NCBI RefSeq assembly: GCF_009914755.1
Contig: NC_060933.1
DNA length: 64,000 bases
Source of the DNA: the human T2T-CHM13v2.0 reference genome, Homo sapiens
Reading direction: 5' to 3' (one strand)
In this document: one piece after another, positions 24,081 to 41,578 of the stretch
Layout of the letters: each line of letters starts with the position of its first letter
How positions within the stretch are numbered: the first letter of the stretch is position 1
The notes under the pieces: model-generated
The model's database searches: none
What the model saw: the letters and a program-made list of their open reading frames with translations, nothing else
Told to the model about the DNA's origin: nothing
Translations under genes and position numbers: made by a program

Positions 24081-24368
24081 TTAAAAACTTTGAGATCACT
24101 TTGAAATAATTATATCTGGGAATATTGTGTGTATAAAGGCAAGGGTTATAATGAAAAAACAGTTGGCAAGATTTATAAAATACAGAAGTAAGGATTGATT
24201 GTTGGGAGAAGGGGATGGGTTAAAAACTTTGAGATCACTTTGAAATAATTGTATCTGGGAATGTGTGTGTAAAGGCAAGGGTTCCTGTGATATATATAAT
24301 GACTAAACAGTTGGCAAGATTTATAAAACACAGAGGTAAGGATTGATTGCTGGGAGAAGGGGATGGGT
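24081..24368. repeat. Tandem duplication, two units of about 140-149 bp
   Basis: ttaaaaactttgagatcactttgaaataatt...gggagaaggggatgggt occurs at 24081 and at 24220. Confidence 0.95.
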
Positions 24369-24639
24369 ATAGTGATAGAATTTCTTTGCAGTGTTTTAAG
24401 GAATGGGCAGATCAGAGGAAGTACCAAGGCTAAACAAAATACATAAAAGCACAAAATTATGAACTAGTCTATATGCCTGGTAGCTCTGTATTGTTGAAAA
24501 GCAACAGCAGGTACTGTGAGGAATTGAGAGCATCATGCCACTTACACGGACTGTGGCATTTTACCTGTAATGGGGAACTTTTGAAGGATGAGATATTACC
24601 TCTGAAGGACTGTTTCTTCAGTGTATTTTTCACTAAAAT

Positions 24640-25150
24640 ACTTTCTCTTCTGACTTGAGACCAGTTAGGGCTTCAGTAGTTGCTTTGATATGTGGTAAGT
24701 GGAAGTGGAATTGAACATGACTTCGAAGTTTCTACCTTGGGAATTGTGTAGCATGACTGAGTAAGATTAGGAATATTGGATGAAGTGTTTAGATGATGAG
24801 CTCACTTTTGAAAATATTGGTTTGAGATGCCTGTATGACATCCAGGTGGAGATTAGTGAGTAGTCATTTTGAAAATAGGAGTCTGAGGTTCAGGGGAGAG
24901 GTCAGGTAGACCTAGAGATAAAGATTTGTGTTTTGTTAGTATAATGATTATAGTTAAAACCATGAGAGAATGAAATGTTCCAAATAGAAGTGTGAAGTTA
25001 GAACCTTAGGGAATGCTAGTATTTAAATGATGGGTGACATAATTGGATCTAGTATAGGAAAGAGAGAAGTAGCCAGAAAGCAGAGAAATTTGTACTGTCA
25101 AAGACAGCAAAGGAATAAAGAGTTTGAAGACAGAGGAGTGTCAGCTTTAT
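24640..25150 (-). mobile_element. L2 fragment
   Basis: tttgagatgcctgtatgacatccaggtggag...gtctgaggttcaggggagaggtc is typical antisense L2. Confidence 0.7.
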
Positions 25151-25211
25151 CTTGTGTCATACAAGGAAAGGGTGTGGAGGAATTGAACCTGTCAACATTG
25201 CTGATGAGAAA

Positions 25212-25852
25212 GTCAAATGCTGCTGCTGTGGAAAACAGTTTGGCAGCTCCTCCAAAAGTTAAACTTAGAATTACCATATGATCGAGCAGTTTCATGCCTA
25301 GGCATATACCTAAAATAATTGAAAGCAGAGACTCAAACAGATACTTGTACGCCAATGTTTGTAGCAGGGTTATTCACGATAGGCGGAAGGTGGAAACAAC
25401 CCAAACGTGCATCAACGTATGAATGGATACACAAAATATGGTATATATATATGATGGAATTATGATTTCTTCCTTAACAAGGAATGAAATTCAGATATTT
25501 GCTACAATATAGGTGAATCTTAAAAACATTATTCTAAGTGAAATAAGCCAGACACAAAAGCATAAATTTTGTATGATTCCTCTTATAGGAGGTACCTAGA
25601 ATAGCTACCCTTATAGAGATAGAAAGTACAATAGAGATTACCAGGGACTTGGATTGAGGGCAAGAGAATGGGAAGTTACCATTTAAGGGTTACAGAGCTT
25701 TTGTTTGGGGTAATGAAAAAAGTTCTGGAAATGAATAGTGCTACTGGGTGCACTGCATTGTGAAGGTACTTAATACCAGTGAATTGTACACTTGAAAATG
25801 GTTAAAGTGGTACGTTTAATGTTATATATATTTCACCCCAATTAAAAAAAAA
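25212..25852 (+). mobile_element. L1MB-like 3' end
   Basis: gtggaaaacagtttggcag...ctaagtgaaataagccagacac...gaattgtacactt, ending in an A-tail. Confidence 0.88.
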
Positions 25853-25857
25853 TCACA

Positions 25858-26478
<621 letters not shown>

Positions 26479-26775
26479 TTAAGTTGAGTGAGATCATTAG
26501 AGTTCATTCTCTAATGCTTAAGTTGTAAGAGGTTACCATCCATTTTTGTATAAGATACATAGTTGAATGTATAAAATTGCAGTGGAAAAAATCTTGAGGG
26601 ATTTATATCAAAATCTGGTTATCTCTGGGACAGAAATTTGGGTGAGATTTTTTTTTTCATAATTTATCTGTATAAGTGTACTCCAAGCAAATATTTCTTG
26701 TGTAATAAGAGAAAAAGAGAAGTTAATTTTTTCAAACAAACTCAAATCTTATAACAGAATTCTGTTACTCTTTAG

Positions 26776-27014
26776 GTATATGGAGCTGCCATTCAGTTTT
26801 ATGAACCTTACTCTCGGGAACTTCTATCAGAGAAACAGCTTATGCACCTGGGCTTGTTGACGCCTGTGGAGAGAAAAATGGTCTCCAAATCCATCAATAC
26901 AAACAAATGCATTTGTTTACTCTCACACTGGCCTTTTTTTGAAGCTTTTAGGAAATTTCTTATGTTTATCTACAAACTTTCTGTGTCTGGACCACATCCT
27001 CTTCCCATTGAAAA
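26776..27014 (+). CDS. DENND4C: DENND4C E6 (uDENN)
   Basis: tttag|GTA TAT; [12 protein letters not shown]...[18 protein letters not shown]...PLPIE; AA|gtatgt; 239 nt. Confidence 0.95.
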
Positions 27015-27133
27015 GTATGTATAATGATTAGAAAGATGGCTGGTGGAAAACTGGGTATATAAATATATACATTTGTTTGTGTAATTTTTAGCAGCAAAGT
27101 TGGAAGGGAAGGAAGCCTGCATTTAACTGAACT

Positions 27134-27410
27134 TTTTTTTTTTTTTTTTTGAGATGGAGTATTGCTCTGTCACCCAGGCTGGAGTGCAGTGGTGTGATCT
27201 TGGTTCACTGCAACCTCCACCTCCTGGGTTCATGCAGTTCTCTGTGTCAGCCTCCCGAGTAGCTGGGATTACAGGCACCTGCCACCACGCCTGGCTAATT
27301 TTTGTAGAGACAAGGTTTCACCATCTTGGCCAGGCTGGTCTTGAACTCCTGACCTCATGGTCCACCTGCCTCAGCCTCCCAAAGTGCTGGGATTACAGGC
27401 ATGAGCCACC
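27134..27410 (-). mobile_element. AluS
   Basis: Alu consensus. Confidence 0.92.
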
Positions 27411-28823
27411 AACTTTTTACTTACTCCCTTCTTCGCCTGAATCATTGACTGTGAGCTTAAAATTGGATAGTAGTGGTAAGGTTGGCCAAATAATAATCCT
27501 TTGAGAATTCAGCTGAAGAAGTAACTCTTATAAATTATATTGTGAGTGTTCTTCTTCCTATTTATTCTCTAATAACCAAGAGACAAATAGTTACTGCTGC
27601 ACACACACCCACCAATGCAAGTGGCCATTCCAAATTCTAAGCGTAATACCTCTCTAAAGTGATGTAGAAATTAGTCGGAATGAGTTAATTGATGTTAAAA
27701 GTGGAGTTTTGGTTTTAGCATTGACAGAATTATTTGAGCTTTCTCTTTAATTTTTAATTCTTTTTGTCATGCGATCTTTCTTTCCTAAGAAAGAAAAATG
27801 TATGTTGAGCTACTCTTTTTTAAAGCATCTTTTCTGATTTCTAGTGGCGCATTGACTTCTGTTTATGATAGTTTATAATTTATGTATCCTGCTAACAAAC
27901 TAAAAAGTGTCAAGAGCTGTAATGTATTAAAGTATGTGTAAGCTTAGATGTTTCTTACAATTTCAGAACTTTTACATTATAGCAGAAAGAATATCAGTGA
28001 AACATACTAGTTTAGTGGATAAGGTAGGGGTAATTATGTGAGGGTTTAAAAATAATGCTGTCCAAAAATCAACTTTAAAAAGAGTGAAGTACTGTGCATA
28101 AACTCATCATAATTTGATATTGAAATATGGTTGCAACTTTCATTTTGTACTCTTGAAATGGCAGTTTAATGATTTATAGTTCTGGGTTTAACTTTCAGCT
28201 GTCAGATTAATTTAAAGTTTATTGAAGTAAAATGTAACATTAGTGTCAAGTTAGCAACCTTTTGAAAAATTAAGATTCTATGAATAGCTTGTGATAAAAT
28301 CAATGTATATAATCAATATTTTTTTCAGTTGAAGTAATATGTTGCGTTTTTATGGCTCCTAAGAGCTCCAAACTTTGGAGAAACTTAAGAAGCAATTTTT
28401 ATAGGTGCAAAAATAGAATGGGTAGGTGGTTCATCCAGTGTTAGAGGAGTAAATCTGGGATTAAACTGAATTTTAGTGTAAATTCATTATAGCACAGTTA
28501 GTTGCTCCCTGTACTGGCACAGATAACCAGGGCTATAAAAATTCACTTCTTTCATGAAAACTATTTTTATGTTATTTTTATTTGTTGGGTAATGATAGGG
28601 GATATAAATAGACTTTAAGTCAGGAAATACATTGTGTATTTCAGAAGTTTAATGGGCATGGATAAATTCATTTACATGGAGCAAATTTACTTACTTAGCC
28701 TACATTTTAGATAAATGGCCATGTCATATCTGGGATGATATATAGTGATATTTAAGATTTGTTAAAAACTGTGATGCATTTAGAAAAGTAATTATTATAT
28801 TTATTTCAAATTTTTTTTTCTAG

Positions 28824-28890
28824 GCACATTTCACATTTTATGCAAAACATCCCTTTTCCTTCACCACAAAGACCGAGAATCCTTGTCCAG
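28824..28890 (+). CDS. DENND4C: DENND4C E7
   Basis: ttctag|G CAC; [22 protein letters not shown]; CAG|gtaatc; 67 nt. Confidence 0.94.
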
Positions 28891-29996
28891 GTAATCAAAA
28901 GAGAGTATATTTGGGGAGAACTTTGCATATGCTCACCTGAGTCATTGCAGAGTGGATTCTGTATACCTTTGGGTTTGAGGTGGAGCAATATGCATTCATA
29001 AAGTCCTTGGATTTTCTGTGCTTTGTAGTTTTACTGAACACCCTTTCTTACTGGGTTTTGGATTTGAGTGTACTGAATTGGAATAATTATAACCCTTGGT
29101 TCATAACATTTTCATTTTTGGCCCATGCATGGCCTTTATGTAGCTAGTTTTAATAACATAAAACCCAGATTATGTTTGGGCATGTTTTTAATACCAGATT
29201 CTCTAATAAATATTGAATATAAAATGAGCAATGGTTGGAGGAGGTTAATTTAAACAAGGTCTATAATAGTACTGTGCTAAAGGACCAGTTTCTTTTTATT
29301 TTCAGTAAGTAGCAGACGTAGGTAGGTGTACAGCTTGTGACATATGCAACATGAACAGGTCTATATCCTCTCTATAATAATAGTTCTACTGATCACATGC
29401 TTGGATATAGGAGAGAGGTCAGATTGTCATAAAAGTTGCTTAATGGTTTGCTCTTCATTTATATACTGTATCTTTCTGGACCATAACAATTAACTTACTG
29501 ACATACTTAACATACTTTCAGTAGCACTGATCTATAGAGGGAAGCCATTTAAAAGTTTTTCTAAGACATTCTTAACATTATGTATGGTGGGATTAAGTCA
29601 GATATTGTTGATCTTGAATGTTATTTCAGTTCCACAAGTATTTACGTGCCAAGCAACTGCCAAGTGCCTACAGTCTGTTGAGTAAATGAATTTGAAGCTT
29701 TTCAGAAGCAGTAGTTCCATAAATTTTAAATAATTGTACTTTAACCAATTAAGTGAATCAAAATTCAGTCAAATTAACCATTTAATGAAAAAGAACTAAT
29801 GTAACACTTCTGAGTAAATACAGCTATCATTTTATATTTTAGTACCTGTTTCCAAAAGTGTGTTTGCATATTAAATTATTAATGTTTTCAATATTACCTT
29901 TGATCTAAATATATAGATTTCAAAAGTAGTTTTGAAACTTATCTCTTGGTTTGGTTAATTTATCTTTGGTTAATTTATCTTTTTTTTTTTTTTAAG

Positions 29997-30055
29997 CTGT
30001 CAGTCCATGATGCATTAATATTATCACAGCCAGTTTCTACACCTTTACCACTAAG
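29997..30055 (+). CDS. DENND4C: DENND4C E8
   Basis: (T)n-aag|CTG; LSVHDALILSQPVSTPLPL; AG|gtaatt; 59 nt. Confidence 0.92.
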
Positions 30056-30199
30056 GTAATTACTGGTATTTAAAATGATATATTTATTCAGTTGGAGCAG
30101 AATGCTTTAAAATATTTTAGTGATTAGTATATTATTAATATATTAGTGATTGTTATTTTACAATTAACTTTATTAGTTAAAACTAGGCAAAAATAGCCT

Positions 30200-32215
<2,016 letters not shown>

Positions 32216-32422
32216 CAAATGGGGTATGTCTCCAAGATCTTAATCTGGTTGAAGAAGTGCTGTTAGGACTGAAAACAATAGTAACCATATGAGAAAGCTT
32301 CCAGGAGGATCCTCATTAAGTATTACTTTTCCAAGTCATCACAGTTGTGTGTGAAAGCAAAAGTTGTTAGAATATGAAAATATTTGTTAATGAACTGACC
32401 AGTTCTAGAAAGTTCCCACCCA

Positions 32423-32733
<311 letters not shown>

Positions 32734-32744
32734 TTACTAAAACA

Positions 32745-33190
32745 GTGTTTATTGAAGCCCCTTTGTCAGAATCGTGGTGGCCAAGTCTTTTGATGGATTT
32801 CAGTAGTATGGTGCAAGAACAGCTGAAAAAAGTGCTACATGGAATTGGTAATCATATGAAAAATGCCAGAGTATATGAGGTTTATGCAACTGATGTTGGA
32901 GAGCTGTCTGAATTGCATGCAAAATTATTTATAAGTCATGATTTGGTAGTTATGCCAGTTACCATTTGAAGAAGAGAACATTGAAAAGAATGGTTACAAA
33001 ACAAATGCATCAAAAGGAGAATGATTTAAATATCAAAGAATATCAAAGAATTAAGGGAGACCCATAGCAAAGATTGATAAAATGTACAAGTGCTTTATAA
33101 AAAGTGACCCTATAGTGTTGCAAAAAGGCAAAGGTGAAGAGAAGGATATCATATTTTGCTAGCATATAGCTTTTTTTCTAAGGTTTCTTA
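32745..33190 (+). mobile_element. Possible ancient Tigger/pogo transposase C-terminal remnant
   Basis: EVYATDVGELSELHAKLFISHDL resembles the pogo/Tigger EV..EDVEELL.SH..ELT..DL motif; disrupted by stops. Confidence 0.45.
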
Positions 33191-33457
33191 GATAGTTGGA
33201 GGTGTAACATACCTTTTGTTGAAAAGGAGATAGTTGTCACTCAAGGAAATCTGAAGTCCTTGCAGGGTCCTTTGTGAGTGATAGTTGCAGATGTAACATA
33301 CCTTTTGTTGAATAGAAGATAATTGTCACTCAAAGAAATCTGAAGTCCTTGCAGGATCCTTTGTGAGTGATAGTTGCAGGTGTAACATACCTTTTGTTGA
33401 ATAGAAGATAATTGTCACTCAAAGAAATCTGAAGTCCTTGCAGGGTCCTTTGTGAGT
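33191..33457. repeat. Tandem repeat, 3 x 89 bp
   Basis: Units start at 33191, 33280 and 33369 (gatagttg...tttgtgagt). Confidence 0.97.
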
Positions 33458-33805
33458 GGCTCTGCCCTTCAGCAATCTGATCTTATTTTCCACTCCTCTT
33501 CCTCTTGCTCACTCTTCTCCAGCATTCTGGCCTTACCATCCCGGGAGCATTAGGCATTCCCCATACCTTAAGGCCTCTGCCCTAGCTGTTCCTTCTCATT
33601 AAAGCACTCTTCTCTTATATATCCCCTTGGCTAAATCTCTCACCTTCTTCAGGTTTCAGCTCTGTTGTCACTTTATTAATGAGTCCTGTTCTGTTTGTCC
33701 TAATAGAACCTGCTTTTCTTCTCTTCTGCTCTGAACTCTAATGTCCTTTACTTGGCTTTACTTTTCCTTTTTTTTTTTTCATAGCACTTATTACTTTCTG
33801 ACATA

Positions 33806-34040
33806 TAGGTTGAATATCCCTTATCTAAAATGCTTGGAAAGAAGTGCTTTGGATTTAGGACTTTTTTGGATTTTGGCATGTTTGCAGAATACATGCTGGT
33901 TGAACATCCCTAATCTAAAAATCTGAAGTCCTAAATGCTTCTGTGAGCAATTTCTTTTCTGTGTCATGTTGGTGCTCAAAAAGTGTTGGATTTTGCAGCA
34001 CTTTGGATTTTGGATTTTCAGGTTAGGGATGCTCAACCTG
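33806..34040 (+). mobile_element. Tigger4a/MER46-like MITE inserted in L2
   Basis: TIRs taggttgaatatccct / agggatgctcaacctg with flanking TA. Confidence 0.85.
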
Positions 34041-34094
34041 TAGTATAATATTTTATTCCTTATGTTTTTCATTTATTTTCTCTCTTCCTGCTAG

Positions 34095-34310
34095 ACAAGG
34101 TGTTTGCAAATGGTGGCCGAATCCTGCCTGCCAAATCCTGCCTGCCACTTGTTTCTATAAAGTTTTATTGGAACACAGGCCATTTATTCATATATTGCCT
34201 ATGACTGCTTTCATGCATGACAGCAGAGTTAAATGGTTGTGACAGAGACAATATGGTTCACAAGGCCTAAAATATTTACTGTCTTTTACAGAAAAAGTTG
34301 CTGACTTTTA
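34095..34310 (+). mobile_element. MER58A (hAT-Charlie)
   Basis: aaagttttattggaacaca...gacagagac...gcctaaaatatttact. Confidence 0.85.
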
Positions 34311-34619
34311 TCCTAAACTATAAACCTCATGAGGAGAGTGATCTCTTTCATTTATTGTTAAGCTCTCATTATGTAGAACAGTGATTGGTACATAGCAAGT
34401 GCCCAAATATTAAGTAAATAAATGTTTGAAGACAAAATTCCAATCCTGAATAACCCTCTGTAATAGCTGGCAGGGGTAGTAAGCGTTATAGGCATTTCTT
34501 TGGGGTGAGTGATGACAGATAAGGGTGATAATTGAACTAGACCTTAAAAGATAACAGGGATTTTTATAGTAGAAGAAAAACATTATCATCAGTAAAATTT
34601 TAGTACTAGCTAATTATTA

Positions 34620-35616
<997 letters not shown>

Positions 35617-36086
35617 ATGAATTTTTTTTTGTTGAGCTCTTTAATTATCTGTTAGCATTCCCTGGAAAATAATTAGTTTTTTTTTTTTTTTAAATCCTGG
35701 ATGCTTTTAGTTGGATTTTGATCTGAGGTAATTTTGAGAATTAATAGGTGAATGAAATGTGTAAGAGTTAAAGATAATAAGTTTATTTTATGATATTTGG
35801 GGCCATTTTATTTTATTTTGATTCTTTCCATAAAATTGGAATGTGTGCTTTGTATAGATACTAGAAGAATTAACATGCAAAAAGCTGTTAGTATTTTTAT
35901 TGTGCTTATGATCATCGTCATGGCTTGAAAATTTTAATTACATTTGTTCTTAGCATTGCTTAGTAGTATTTTATAGTCATTTAGTTTTGGAATGAAGTTT
36001 AAGGTAAACAAAACAGACTTAACTGCTTTTCAGTGGTCCCTTTTCAGTAATACTAGTTACTTATATATTTTTTATTGCAAATTTAA

Positions 36087-36296
<210 letters not shown>

Positions 36297-37442
36297 TAAG
36301 TTGATTCATTTTATATTATCTCCCATTTATATTTTTCACTATGTAGAGTTACAGTTCTTTGAAAGCATCTAGAAATATGCTATTTTTGGTAGTTGTTAAA
36401 TCTTCGTCTTAAATACAGCAGCTCTCAACCAGGGCAGGTATCAGAATCTGGGAATGCTGTGTGATTTGGGAAAAAAAAATGTTCAGTATTATAATAGTTT
36501 ATATTTGGGTAACAATATTAAATGTAAGCAGGAGATATTTATGTTTATCAGAAGAGACTATGAGTTGGAAAAGTAATGGTTAAACACTGCTTTCAGAGCT
36601 CAAGAGATGATATGCTTTCTGGGTTTAATTCAAAATCCATATGTAAGTAAAATGGGTTTACCCATTGGAGATAAAGTTTGGCTACAGTATAGGGTGATAT
36701 TATACCATTTGCTTAGTTGTCGGGATTTTAATTTTATAAGGATCTGTTGTTTACTGCTTAGAAATTTATATTAAAAATCAGTGATAGTTTGTGTTTGCTG
36801 AAGGTGATAATTAAGTACAGCAGTGGTACAGCTGAGGGTTCAGAGAGTAGCAAACTACATTAATAAAAGAAATAGTTCTGGATGGATGTTTAAGGGTTAC
36901 CACTTCCCCACCAAAAGTGGGAAAGGACAGTAAGTATTAAAAATGTTCTTATGTTGGTGCCAACTTCCAGGCCGTAGAACGCTTTTATTCTTTACTGTTT
37001 GAGATTGGTAGAAAATGAAGAGAGAAATATTTTGGGTAAGGCCTGAATAGTTCCAACAGTAGAATTCGTTGGGAAAATATTTTTATGTGAACCAAAAAAA
37101 TAACCTAAGGGAGGAAGAAAACATTTGCTATAACTTAAAATATAATTTTGACATGGATCTACCATTGTATTTTGAAACTGTATAGCTATAGTGGCTCCTT
37201 ATGTATATTTAGATTTACTTACAGCTTGAAAGTAATGAACAACTTGCATGAATTAGTTTTTTGTAGCACACATTTTATTGTTTGTAGGCTACTCTCCCTG
37301 AAAAACAATTATTTCAGGAATGTATTCATTGTGGTACTTTTAGAAATGATTATTTGTGAAGTTAATACTCAGATTTTTTACCTTATTTTATTTTTATTCT
37401 GAATAAAATAATATGGAGATTCTTAATTTTGCGCAGTTTTGA

Positions 37443-38685
<1,243 letters not shown>

Positions 38686-40034
38686 TTAGATTTGGAGTTT
38701 ATCACATACATGTATTTTTCAAACATTTATTATATATATATTAATCTAAATAAAATTTTGTTTTGCATACTTATAAATTTTTTTCTACTTGAATAGTTTT
38801 CTGTGAATTACTTTTTTGCTCACCATTCTTTGTGAGGTTCATTCAGTTCATTTTCAACAGTGATCAATGTTGATGGACATCTAGGTTGTATCTAGATCTT
38901 TGATGTTAGGAACAAAGCTGTTCTGATCATCGTATATATTTCCTTGAGTATATGCTCAGGAATTCCTCTGAAGCATATACCTGGAAGCGCTAATGTTGCT
39001 TGGTAGGGAATGAGCATTTTCAACTTAATAGCTAATACCAGATTACTCTCCCAAGTTTACTCCGTCCTCAGCAGATGAGAGTTCTCTTTGTTTCATATCT
39101 TTGCCAACACTTGTGGTGACTTTTAAATTTTTTACCAATTTGATGGTAATGGTATTTCACTGTGGCTTTAATTCACATTTCCTTTATTAGTAGCAAATGG
39201 AGGATTTTCATATCTTTGTGCCCCTTGGTTTTCCTCTCCTGTGAATTGGATGTTCCTTTTGTTGGTACATTTTCCTGTTAGATTGTTTGTCTTTTTCTTT
39301 TGATTTGTAGAAATTGTATATATAATCTGGAATTAATTCTTTGTCTGCTGTATGCATTCCAGATAGCTTCTCCCACATTGTGACCTGTCATTCCATTGTG
39401 TTTATGGTATCTTTTGATAAACAGGGGCTCATCTTAATTTATCAAATTTATTAATTTCTCTTTATGGAGTACTGTTTTTGGTTCTTGTATATGAGATATT
39501 TTGCCTTGAGGCCATGAAATACTATCATGGTTATTTCTTAAGTTGTGAGGTTTGCCTCTCTCATTTAGTTATTTAATTCAGCTAAACTTGATGTGACATA
39601 TCAGTTTCTACATTTGTATAAATATGTATCTGGGCTAATTCTTTTCCTTTGATTTGCTTCAATCTCTTGCCAGTATTATACTGTCTTAATGGCTTTAAAA
39701 TTAAGTTGTCTACAACATGAATGAACCTTGAAAACATTATGTTAAAAGACCTTATATTATGATTCAATGAAATGTCCAAAGCAGACAAATCTCTAGAGGT
39801 AGAAAGTAGATTGATTAGTGATTGCCTTGGAATGAAGAGGATGGGAGTATTGGAAGCTAAGTGACTATGGGATTTCTTTTTGAGGTGATAAAAATATTCT
39901 AAAATTGCTTGTAGGCCGGGAGTGGTGGCTCACGCCTGTAATCCCAGTACTTTGAGAGGCTGAGACGGGTGGATCTCCTGGGGTCGGGAGTTTGAGACCA
40001 GCCTGACCAACATGGAGAAACCCCATCTCTACTA

Positions 40035-40309
<275 letters not shown>

Positions 40310-41147
40310 TTAATAAAACTGTTTTAAAAAGTCATGGTATGAGACTTTTTTTTTGGCAATGTCCATGGTGAATCCCCTTACTCCTGTTCTTTTTAAAAAT
40401 TGTTTTGACTCTATTTGGTCTTTTGTTTTTCCATGTAAATTTTAATACCATCTTATTAAGCTCCACACAAAATTACATTGGGATTTTTGTTAGAATTTTT
40501 TTTTTTACCTTTTAAATTTTTTTTAATTGATATCGTAATTGTATATATTTATGGGGTGCAATGTGATGCTTTGGTGTATGTATACATCATGGAATGTTTA
40601 CCTGAAGTGGTTAATATATATTGTATTTATAGATTCGTTTGGAGGCAGATGATACCTTTTTGACACACGTTGAAAATATGCACAAGAAATATGACCCATG
40701 AATGTGATATTTCACTTCATTGGTCTTTTCAGAATTTTTTGGTGAACTTTGTGTTTTCTCCAGAAAGATAATTCACATCTTTTGTTAGACTTATTTATTC
40801 CTAAGTATCTTTCAGTTTTTATTGCTACTGTAGATGGTATTTTAAATTAGACTTTCTACTTGTTGCTAGGAAATGTAGTTGATTTTTATATAGTGGTCTT
40901 ATATCTAGCAACTTAGTTGAATTCCTTTTTTAATTTGTATATTATCTTCAATTTTCTGCCTATAAACATCACATTTCTCTACTTACACTATCCTAATGTA
41001 TTTTAAAATTTTTTATCTTAATTCTCCAGCTAGGATCGCTAGTGTAATGTTGAACAGAAGTAGTTATAGTTGGTATCTTGTCTTGTTTCTAATTTCAAAG
41101 GGGATACTTTGAGCAGTTTGTCATAAAGTATGATTATTGATATACAA

Positions 41148-41350
41148 CAGGGATTGACATCTGGCCCAAAGCTTGTTTTTGTAAATAAAGTTTTATTGGA
41201 ACACAGCCATGCTCATTCATTTACATATGGCCCATGCCTGCTTCCATGATGCAACAGCACATTTGAGTAGTTATGACAGAGACTGTATGGTCCTTAAAGC
41301 CTAAAATATTTACTGTCTGGTTCTTTCAGTAAAAATTTGCCTATCCTTCC
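41148..41350 (+). mobile_element. MER58A (hAT-Charlie)
   Basis: gtttttgtaaataaagttttattggaacacagccatgctcattcattta...aagcctaaaatatttactgtctgg. Confidence 0.88.
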
Positions 41351-41463
41351 TCTAGAGTTTTGATATCTTAATTATAAATTAAGGAATTTACCTTCTACTT
41401 CTATGTCATTAAAATTTTTTTTAAATCATAAGTAGATACTGAATTTTATAAATACTTTTTGTG

Positions 41464-41578
41464 ATCTTCTTATAGTTGATAAGCGTTGATGATTGGATGT
41501 TCACGCACATGTGTGAGATGTGCCTCCTACAACTTGATGTTGGCATATTACCTGTCTGATGTGAAAGGAAAAAAAAAA
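41464..41578 (+). pseudogene. U13 (SNORD13) snoRNA retrocopy
   Basis: Aligns by eye to recalled U13 (ATCCTTTTGTAGTTCATGAGCGTGATGATTGGGTGTTCA...GTGTGAGATGTGCC...CATTACCCGTCTGA). Box C TGATGA at 41487, box D CTGA at 41556, A-tail 41569-41578, TSD-like aatactttttgt/aaacctttttgt. Confidence 0.88.

Noticed and set aside
34120-34147. Short direct duplications (aatcctgcctgcca x2; also near 15836 and 33029)
   Set aside because: Ordinary slippage duplications inside decayed repeats
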